Source: Myxococcota bacterium (GTDB lineage: Bacteria; Myxococcota_A; UBA9160; JAFDDA01). From it: a stretch of 64,000 bases of DNA. Made by a program: the position numbers and the translations under genes. This document shows, in pieces, positions 1-7,284 of the stretch. The first letter of the stretch is position 1, and every line of letters starts with the position of its first letter. The notes under the pieces are model-generated. The model ran no database searches. It was not told the DNA's origin and saw only the letters and a list, made by a program, of their open reading frames with translations. The DNA lies in NCBI GenBank assembly GCA_965228475.1, contig OZ245817.1:768001-832000 (forward strand), read 5' to 3'.

Positions 1-2
1 AG

Positions 3-506
3 AAGCGCTTCATCTCCATTCCCCACTACCTGATCATGTTCTGCGACATCTTCATCATCGTCGCGGCCATCCAGGTCTGGGTGGACGTGAAGCAGCGCCT
101 GCCCGAGGCGCCCCACGCGACGGTCCGGGTGATCGGCCAGCAGTGGGCCTGGAGCTTCGTCCACCCCGGTGCCGACGGTGCCCTCGACACGGCCGACGAC
201 ATCCGCACGGTCGACGAGCTGCGCGTCGAGGTCGGCAAGCCCTACCTCTTCGAGCTGACTTCCCGGGACGTGCTGCACAACTTCTCGGTCCCGGTGTTCC
301 GATTGAAGCAGGACGCGATCCCCGGGCGCACGATCACCGGCTGGTTCGAAGCGACCGAGACCGGGACGTACGACATCCAGTGCGCGGAGATCTGCGGCAT
401 CGGCCACGGCCTGATGCCGGCTCGCATCGTGATCGAATCGGCCGAGGACCACGCCGCCTGGGTCGCGAGTCAATCTTCCACCCAGCTCGCGGCCGTCGCG
501 AAGTAG
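3..506 (+). CDS. coxB: Cytochrome c oxidase subunit II (5'-truncated by window edge)
   Basis: Frame open from base 3; GQQWAW motif; CuA ligands DVLH...CAEICGIGHGLM; directly upstream of subunit I. Confidence 0.95.
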   Translation, partial: KRFISIPHYLIMFCDIFIIVAAIQVWVDVKQRLPEAPHATVRVIGQQWAWSFVHPGADGALDTADDIRTVDELRVEVGKPYLFELTSRDVLHNFSVPVFRLKQDAIPGRTITGWFEATETGTYDIQCAEICGIGHGLMPARIVIESAEDHAAWVASQSSTQLAAVAK

Positions 507-525
507 CTGGGACCACGGAGCCACC

Positions 526-2244
526 ATGGCCGAGACCATCGAGCACCCTGCACACGGCGACGCCGGACACGACGCTCATCACCACCACGAGATGAGCTTC
601 TGGCAGAAGTACGTGTTCTCCACCGACCACAAGATCATCGCCATGCAGTACATGTTCACGGGCATGGCGATGGCCCTGATCGGAGGGTTCTTCTCCTACG
701 CCTTCCGCATGCAGCTGGCCTTCCCGGGCATGGAAGTCCCGGGCTTCGGCCTGGTCTCGCCGGCGGACTACAACGCGCTGGTGACGAACCACGGCACGAT
801 CATGATCTTCTGGGTCGCGATGCCCGTGTTGATCGCGGCCTTCGGGAACTACCTGATCCCGCTGATGGTCGGCTGCGACGACATGGTCTTCCCGAAGATC
901 AACCGCCTCAGCTACCAGATCTTCCTGCTCTCGGCGATCGTGCTGTTGATCTCGCTCGTGGTGCCGAACGGCGGCTTCGGCGGGGCCTGGACGGCCTATC
1001 CGCCACTCTCCGCGAATCCCAACTACAGCCTCACCCCATTGGGCTCGAGCCTGTGGGTCGTGGCGGTCGCGCTCGAGTTCATCGCCTTCCTGCTCGGCGG
1101 CATCAACTTCATCACCACGGCCATGAACTCCCGCGCGCCCGGCATGAAGCTCTACGACGTGCCGATCGTGGTGTGGATGATCGTCGTGGCGAGCATCCTG
1201 TTCATGGCGTCCGTGGGGCCGCTGATCGCCGGCGCGATCATGCTCTTCATGGACCAGAACATCGGGACCCAGTTCTTCAACCCCGCCTACGGCGGCGACC
1301 CGATCCTCTGGCAGCACCTCTTCTGGTTCTTCGGCCACCCGGAGGTCTACGTCGTGCTGCTGCCCGCCATGGGCATCACCGCCGAGGTCATCACGGTCTT
1401 CGCCCGGAAGAAGCTCTTCGCCTACCGCACCGTGCTCTACACCGTGTTCGGGACCGGCGTGCTCTCCTTCACGGTGTGGGCGCACCATCAGTTCATCGCC
1501 GGCATCGATCCGCGCATGGCGAACGTCTTCACCATCACGACGCTGCTGATCTCCATCCCGCTGGCGGAGATGATGTTCGTCTACGTGGCCACGCTCTACG
1601 GCGGCTCGATCACGTTCTCGACGCCGATGCTCTGGGCGCTCGCGTTCCTCTTCGAGTTCCTGATCGGCGGCGTGACGGGCATCTTCCTGGGCGCGAGCGG
1701 TGCGGACATCTTCTTCCACGACACCTACTTCGTACTCGCCCACTTCCACTACACGTTCTTCCCAATCGCGATCATCGGGACGTTCGCGGGCGTCACGTTC
1801 TGGTTCCCGAAGATGTTCGGCAGGATGATGAACGAGGGGCTCGGCAAGCTCCATTTCTGGCTGACGATCATCCCGTTCAACTTCATCTTCATTCCGCTGT
1901 TCGTGCTCGGCGCGGCCGGCCAGCACCGCCGGATCTACAACTTCGAGAACTACCCGGAGCTGGCCCTGCCCTGGATGCAGGACCTCCGGCAGCTCGCGAC
2001 GGTCTCGCTGGTGATCATGCTCGGCGCCCAGCTCATCTTCTTCTACAACTTCTTCATGAGCCTGGCGCGCGGCAAGAAGGCCGGGAAGAACCCGTGGAAG
2101 GCGAACACGCTCGAGTGGACGGCGGATTCGCCGCCGCCCCACGGCAACTGGCCCGAGGGCCTGCCGACGGTCTACCGCGGCCCCTACGAGTACAGCCATC
2201 CGGACCGCCAGGAAGACTACTGGCCGCAGAACGTCCCGAGCTAG
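526..2244 (+). CDS. coxA: Heme-copper oxidase subunit I, A1-type signature, atypical K-channel
   Basis: TNHG, WFFGHPEVY, WAHH, HDTYFVLAHFHY and RR motifs; GGAG RBS upstream. Confidence 0.97.
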   Translation: MAETIEHPAHGDAGHDAHHHHEMSFWQKYVFSTDHKIIAMQYMFTGMAMALIGGFFSYAFRMQLAFPGMEVPGFGLVSPADYNALVTNHGTIMIFWVAMPVLIAAFGNYLIPLMVGCDDMVFPKINRLSYQIFLLSAIVLLISLVVPNGGFGGAWTAYPPLSANPNYSLTPLGSSLWVVAVALEFIAFLLGGINFITTAMNSRAPGMKLYDVPIVVWMIVVASILFMASVGPLIAGAIMLFMDQNIGTQFFNPAYGGDPILWQHLFWFFGHPEVYVVLLPAMGITAEVITVFARKKLFAYRTVLYTVFGTGVLSFTVWAHHQFIAGIDPRMANVFTITTLLISIPLAEMMFVYVATLYGGSITFSTPMLWALAFLFEFLIGGVTGIFLGASGADIFFHDTYFVLAHFHYTFFPIAIIGTFAGVTFWFPKMFGRMMNEGLGKLHFWLTIIPFNFIFIPLFVLGAAGQHRRIYNFENYPELALPWMQDLRQLATVSLVIMLGAQLIFFYNFFMSLARGKKAGKNPWKANTLEWTADSPPPHGNWPEGLPTVYRGPYEYSHPDRQEDYWPQNVPS

Positions 2245-2256
2245 GACGGGGAAGAC

Positions 2257-2829
2257 ATGAGACCGATCGCCAATACCCGCATCGCTTCCGGAGTCCCGAC
2301 CGGCCGCCTCGCCGTCTGGTGGGTGCTCGCGTCGGAGATCGTGATCTTCGGCGGCGTGCTCGCCTCGTACCTGATGCACCGGCTGGGCAACCCGGACTGG
2401 GCCAGCCAGACGGCATACACCAACGAGTGGATCGGCGGCTTCAACACCTTCGTGCTGCTCACCTCGAGCCTCTCGGCGGTGCTCGCGCACTACGCGGCCG
2501 AGCACGAGCAGGACGGCAAGAAGGCGGCCCGGTACCTCTGGTACACGATCGGAGGCGGCGCGGTCTTCCTCTGCGTCAAGTCCTACGAGTGGTACGTCGA
2601 GATCAGCCACGGGTTCACGATCCAGTCCCACCCGTTCTGGTCGTTCTACTACACGGCGGCGGGCATCCACGCGTCGCACGTCATCGCCGGCATGATCCTC
2701 ATGGCCTTCGTCGCCAAGGACGCCGCCAAGGGCCAGGACCTCCACCGCGTCGAGCTGGTGGGCATCTACTGGCACTTCGTCGACATCGTCTGGATCTTCC
2801 TCTTCCCGCTCCTCTACATCGCGAAGTAG
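2257..2829 (+). CDS. coxC: Cytochrome c oxidase subunit III family protein (short, first copy)
   Basis: LASEIVIF, NTFVLLTSS, GIHASHV and YWHFVDIVWIFLFPLLY motifs. Confidence 0.92.
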   Translation: MRPIANTRIASGVPTGRLAVWWVLASEIVIFGGVLASYLMHRLGNPDWASQTAYTNEWIGGFNTFVLLTSSLSAVLAHYAAEHEQDGKKAARYLWYTIGGGAVFLCVKSYEWYVEISHGFTIQSHPFWSFYYTAAGIHASHVIAGMILMAFVAKDAAKGQDLHRVELVGIYWHFVDIVWIFLFPLLYIAK

Positions 2830-2848
2830 AGCAAGGAGCCGAATCGAT

Positions 2849-3226
2849 ATGGCCGACCACGGCAGTCAGCACTACATCAAGATCTACTATTGGTTGCTCG
2901 CGCTCCTCGTCGTCAGCATCCTCGGGCCCCTGCTCGGGATCCAGTGGCTCACGCTCGTGACGGCCTTCGGGATCGCGTTCGTGAAGGCCTGGCTGGTCAT
3001 CAAGCACTTCATGCACCTGACCGTGCAGCCGGCCTTCGTCGGCTACCTGCTCTCCAGCTGTCTCGTCTTCATGCTGCTCTTCTTCGCCGGAACCGCTCCC
3101 GACGTCATGAAGAAGGACGGGGACAACTGGGAGAAGGAGCACGTGGTCGTCGTCGGAACCGGCGGCCACCACGACGATCACGGCGAAGGTCACGGAGACG
3201 ATCACGGCGGAGACGCCGCCCACTAG
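2849..3226 (+). CDS. Cytochrome c oxidase subunit IV family protein with His/Asp/Gly-rich tail
   Basis: Three TM helices; AFVKAWLV..HFMHL motif typical of prokaryotic COX IV/CyoD; AAGGAG RBS. Confidence 0.85.
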   Translation: MADHGSQHYIKIYYWLLALLVVSILGPLLGIQWLTLVTAFGIAFVKAWLVIKHFMHLTVQPAFVGYLLSSCLVFMLLFFAGTAPDVMKKDGDNWEKEHVVVVGTGGHHDDHGEGHGDDHGGDAAH

Positions 3227-3241
3227 CGCCCCGGGGACGCC

Positions 3242-3826
3242 ATGTCCGCACCCTCCCATCTCGAGCTGGTCGACGCCTCGCGCTCTCGCGCGCCGGTGGA
3301 CAGCAACGTCGTCGGGATGCTCCTCTTCCTGATGGTCGAGGCGATGATGTTCGCCGGCCTGATCAGCGCCTTCATGATCGTGCGCTCCAACGCCATCGAG
3401 TGGCCGCCGCCCGGGCAGCCGCGGCTTCCGGTCGAGCGCACCCTGCTGAACACGGCGGCACTCCTGCTCTCCGGCGTCGTCCTGTTCTACGCCGGCCGGG
3501 TGTTCCTGCGCGATCGCGCTGCTGCGCTCCTGCCCATGGGTCTCGCCATGGGCCTGGGCGCCTTCTTCGTCGGCTTCCAGGGCTGGGAGTGGATCCAGCT
3601 CCTGCGCGAAGGCCTGACCCTGACCTCGAGCCAGCATGGCAGCTTCTTCTATCTGGTCGTCGGGATGCACGCGGCCCACGCCGTCGCGGCCCTGGCCGGC
3701 CTGGCCTGGGCCTGGCACCGGCTCTCGGGCCTCACGCTGAACCCGGGCCAGTTCAAGGCCGTCGCCATCTTCTGGTACTTCGTCGTGGTGCTGTGGCCGG
3801 TGCTCTACTGGCGGGTCTACCTGTGA
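3242..3826 (+). CDS. Second cytochrome c oxidase subunit III-like protein
   Basis: FLMVEAMMFAGL, WPPPGQPRLP, GMHAAH and FWYFVV motifs. Confidence 0.88.
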   Translation: MSAPSHLELVDASRSRAPVDSNVVGMLLFLMVEAMMFAGLISAFMIVRSNAIEWPPPGQPRLPVERTLLNTAALLLSGVVLFYAGRVFLRDRAAALLPMGLAMGLGAFFVGFQGWEWIQLLREGLTLTSSQHGSFFYLVVGMHAAHAVAALAGLAWAWHRLSGLTLNPGQFKAVAIFWYFVVVLWPVLYWRVYL

Positions 3827-4101
3827 GCGGCGTGAGGGTCGCCCTCGTGTTCGCGCTGCTCGCGGCCTGGCCGCGCGCCGCCGAGGCCTGCTCGGTCTGT
3901 TTCTCGACGACCGACGAGAACCGCGTGGCCTTCATCGTGACGACGATCTTCCTCTCCGCGGCGCCCCTCGCGATCCTCTTCGGGATCGGCTCCTGGCTGC
4001 GCCGCAGGATCCTGGCTTCCGAGCAGGCGCACGATGCCGCGCGGCAGGCCGGAGCCTCCTCCGCCGCCGAGCCCACGGCGCCCGTCGCACGCCGCGCCTG
4101 A
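3823..4101 (+). CDS. Small exported/membrane CxxC protein (92 aa) in cox operon
   Basis: GTGA overlap with upstream stop; signal-like segment ending AEA, then CSVCF, one TM helix and RRR. Confidence 0.7.
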   Translation: MSGVRVALVFALLAAWPRAAEACSVCFSTTDENRVAFIVTTIFLSAAPLAILFGIGSWLRRRILASEQAHDAARQAGASSAAEPTAPVARRA

Positions 4102-4119
4102 CCGGGCGGACCGCGCCAG

Positions 4120-4782
4120 GTGACCGTCGGCTACCACGTCGCGGGCGTCGTCAACCTCGTCTTCTACGCCATCGCCCTGGCCGGCACGGCGCACCAGCTG
4201 GCCGTGCTGCGCGGGGCCCGCGCCGCCGGCGACGCCCGCGCGATCGCCGTCGTCTCGCTGAACCAGCTCGCGGTCTCGTTCCTCGCCTACTACGCGTTCT
4301 TCGTCTACGGCTACTGCGTCCGGCCCTTCAACCACTACCTCGTGTGGCCGCGCCTGGTGGGGGTGCTCCTCGTGCTCGCGATCCTCATCGAGCTGGCGCG
4401 GGCCCGGCCCGACCGCCGAGCGCGCCTCGCCGCAACCCTCGCCGCGTGGCTGCTCCTCCCGGCGCTCGGGCTCCTCGTCTTCGCGCCGGAGCTCGCCCCG
4501 GAGGCGAAGCGCCTGCCCCAGGTCCTCTCCGTCGGCGCCGCGGTCCTGGTGGTCCAGGGCTACCTGCATCAGATCGCGCTGGTGCGCCGGGCGGGGGAGG
4601 GCGGCGCGGTCTCGTTCTGGATGCACCTCGGAACCTTCATCAAGGATTTCTCCCTGGCCGGCCTCGGCCTCGCGATGGGCCTCGCCGCCGGCTGGCCGCT
4701 CGTGCTGATGGGGGGCGCGAGCGTGGCGGTGAAGGCCGTCCTGATCGCCGAGCTGCTTCGTCGCCGACGAGGTGCTGGATAG
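4120..4782 (+). CDS. Multi-pass membrane protein, PQ-loop/SWEET-like
   Basis: About 7 hydrophobic helices; repeated HQ(L/I)..(L/V)R....(A/V)VS segments. Confidence 0.55.
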   Translation: MTVGYHVAGVVNLVFYAIALAGTAHQLAVLRGARAAGDARAIAVVSLNQLAVSFLAYYAFFVYGYCVRPFNHYLVWPRLVGVLLVLAILIELARARPDRRARLAATLAAWLLLPALGLLVFAPELAPEAKRLPQVLSVGAAVLVVQGYLHQIALVRRAGEGGAVSFWMHLGTFIKDFSLAGLGLAMGLAAGWPLVLMGGASVAVKAVLIAELLRRRRGAG

Positions 4783-4875
4783 TTCCGCCGAAGCGGCTCG
4801 GGACTTCCCCGGACCTCACCGCGGCTCGACCGAAGCGCCCTAACGGCGGAGCGCGTGCGGGTCGAAGAGTCCCGA

Positions 4876-5520
4876 ATGGGAAGCGAATTCGACGGCTCGG
4901 CCTGGCCGAAGGGGACGGTGGTCTCCCTCTCGCGGCTCGCCGGCCGCGGCCAGGCGATGGCGCGGGCCCTCGGGCTGGGCGCGCTGGTCGACGGGGTCGA
5001 CGTCGGCTGCACGCTGCGGGTGCGGCTCGACTCGGGGCGGGCGCTCGAGGTCAGCGCGATCGAAGGCATCGAAGTCGTCGACGATGCGACGCTGCGGATC
5101 GAGACGGCGAACCATCGCTACGAGATGCGTCGCGTCGCGGGCGGCGCCCCGTCGCCCGAAGGAACGCCCTCGATGTTCGACCGCTCCGGGCGCTCGGCGG
5201 ACCCGGAGGCCACCGGGGTCATCCACTACGAGCCGGAGCTCGACGCCCGGCCCGGAGTCTTCGAGGAGGGTTCCCGCGTCCACGTCGTGCAGCTCGACCG
5301 CGACGAGCGCATCGACCTCGGTTCGTGCCGGCTCCTCGGCGGACTCGCGCCCGGTGAGCCCCTCGGCATCGCCACCCCGGGCGGGGTCGTCAGCACGAGT
5401 CCGGTGGCGAAGATCCGGCGCTGCGACGACGGCTCGGTCGAAGTGTCGACCGCGAACCGCAGCTACCGGCTGACCCTCGAGCCGGCCGAAGGCGGCGTCG
5501 GCGAGGGGGCCGAAGCGTGA
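4876..5520 (+). CDS. Hypothetical protein with internally duplicated domain
   Basis: Halves end ETANHRYEM and STANRSYRL; GTGA overlap with next gene; start uncertain (4855 or 4876). Confidence 0.65.
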   Translation: MGSEFDGSAWPKGTVVSLSRLAGRGQAMARALGLGALVDGVDVGCTLRVRLDSGRALEVSAIEGIEVVDDATLRIETANHRYEMRRVAGGAPSPEGTPSMFDRSGRSADPEATGVIHYEPELDARPGVFEEGSRVHVVQLDRDERIDLGSCRLLGGLAPGEPLGIATPGGVVSTSPVAKIRRCDDGSVEVSTANRSYRLTLEPAEGGVGEGAEA

Positions 5521-7280
5521 GCGACGCCGCGCCCAACACGCCGACCGTTCGCGAGCTCGCCCGCGAGGCCGCCGCGCGCGTGCGCGCCGAGAACGCCGCG
5601 GCCGAGGCCTCGACGGCCCTCGGCCAGCTTCGCATCGTGCTCGAGGCGACGGCCGACCTCGTCGCGATCGAGGGCGGCGGCGGGCTCGACTACGCAAATC
5701 CCGCTGCACGTGGCTTCTTCGGGCTCGGCGCGGACGGGGAGGCCGAGGTCTCCCTGCGCAGCCTCGTCTCCAGCGGCGACCGGAGGGTCTTCGATCAGGC
5801 GCTGCAGTCCCTCGAAGACGCCGCGGTGTGGTCCGGCGAGCTGTCCTTCGAGCGCGCCGATGGCGCCGTGGTTCCGTTCTCGACGGTTCTGGTCGACGCC
5901 GGGGACGACTCCGGCGTGCTCCGGCCGGCAGCGCTGTGCCGCGACCTCTCGATCCAGAAGAGCTACGAGGCGGATCTCGAAGCCCGGCTCTACACGGACG
6001 ACGTGACCCGTCTCCCGAACCGGAAGCGCTTCCTCGAGGATGCGGCCCAGGCCATCCGCAACGCGGGAGCGAGGCCCGAATCCGTCGGCCTGCTCGTCGT
6101 CGACCTCGACCGGTTCCGGCTCGTGAACGACACGCTCGGGCCGGAGGCCGGCGACCGGATCCTGAGCGCCGTCGCCGACCGCATCCAGGGCGTGGTCCGC
6201 CCGGAGGACGTCGTGGCGCGACTCGGCGCCGACGAGTTCGCGGTCCTGTGCGAAGGCATCGGCCCCGACACCCTGGCCCAGGTCGCCGAGCGGGTGCGCG
6301 GCTCCCTCGATCATGCCTTCACCGTCGACCGCCGCGATCTCTACATGACCGCGAGCGTCGGGATGGTGGCCGCCTCGGGCCGGCGCAACCGGCCCGAAAC
6401 CCTGCTCCAGGACGCGAGCGCGGCCCTGCATCGTGCCAAGGACGGCGGCCGCAACCGCGCCGAGGCCTTCGACCCCGTGCGGCGGCTCGAGGCGCGCGCC
6501 CGGCTCGAGATCGAGCAGGAACTCCGCAGCGCCCTGCGCCGCGGCGAGTTGAAGCTCGTCTATCAGAAGGAAGTCTGGCTCGGCAGCGGGGATCTGGTCT
6601 GCCTCGAGGCCCTCCTGCGCTGGACCCATCCGAAGCTCGGGCCCGTCTCGCCCGAGGAGTTCGTTCCGATCGCCGAGTCGACCGGGCTCATGCTGCCGAT
6701 CGGGGAGTGGGTCGTCGCGGAGGTCTGCCGGCAGATCCGCGAATGGGAGGCCGAGGGTCTGCAGGGGACGAGCGTCTCGGTCAACGTCTCGCCGCGGCAG
6801 CTCGCGAGCCCGCACTTCGTCGAGCGCGTCCGCGGCATCGTCGAGAGCAACGGCGTGAAGCCCGAGCAGATCAATCTCGAGGTGACGGAGTCGATGATGG
6901 TCGACCACTCGCGGACGGTGATCGGGCGCCTGCGCAGCCTTCGCGAGGCCGGCTTCACGCTGATCCTCGACGACTTCGGGACCGGCTACTCCTCCCTGAG
7001 CCAGCTGCGGAACCTGCCCTTCAGCGTGCTGAAGATCGACAAGTCCTTCGTGCTCGACCTGATCGAGAACCCGCGAGACCGCCCGCTCGTCGACGCGATG
7101 ATCCGCATGGCCCACGCGCTCGGACGGATGGTCGTGGCGGAGGGCGTCGAGTCCCAGGCCCACGCGGACGTCCTGCGCGAGCTCTCGTGCGAGATGGCCC
7201 AGGGCTGGCACTTCGGGCGGCCGGCGAGCGGCGCCGAGATCACCGAGCTGCTCCTGCGCGAGGCCGCCAAGGAACGTTAG
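5517..7280 (+). CDS. PAS-GGDEF-EAL c-di-GMP signalling protein (likely phosphodiesterase)
   Basis: YANPAA (PAS), LPNR, DLDRFRLVND, RPED I-site, GADEF, EALLRW, DDFGTGYSSL, KIDKSF, AEGVE. Confidence 0.93.
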   Translation: MSDAAPNTPTVRELAREAAARVRAENAAAEASTALGQLRIVLEATADLVAIEGGGGLDYANPAARGFFGLGADGEAEVSLRSLVSSGDRRVFDQALQSLEDAAVWSGELSFERADGAVVPFSTVLVDAGDDSGVLRPAALCRDLSIQKSYEADLEARLYTDDVTRLPNRKRFLEDAAQAIRNAGARPESVGLLVVDLDRFRLVNDTLGPEAGDRILSAVADRIQGVVRPEDVVARLGADEFAVLCEGIGPDTLAQVAERVRGSLDHAFTVDRRDLYMTASVGMVAASGRRNRPETLLQDASAALHRAKDGGRNRAEAFDPVRRLEARARLEIEQELRSALRRGELKLVYQKEVWLGSGDLVCLEALLRWTHPKLGPVSPEEFVPIAESTGLMLPIGEWVVAEVCRQIREWEAEGLQGTSVSVNVSPRQLASPHFVERVRGIVESNGVKPEQINLEVTESMMVDHSRTVIGRLRSLREAGFTLILDDFGTGYSSLSQLRNLPFSVLKIDKSFVLDLIENPRDRPLVDAMIRMAHALGRMVVAEGVESQAHADVLRELSCEMAQGWHFGRPASGAEITELLLREAAKER

Positions 7281-7284
7281 GGCG

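Noticed and set aside
334..2775. 813-aa minus-strand ORF opposite coxA
   Set aside because: Antisense shadow of a GC-rich gene; no motifs; the sense gene is unambiguous.
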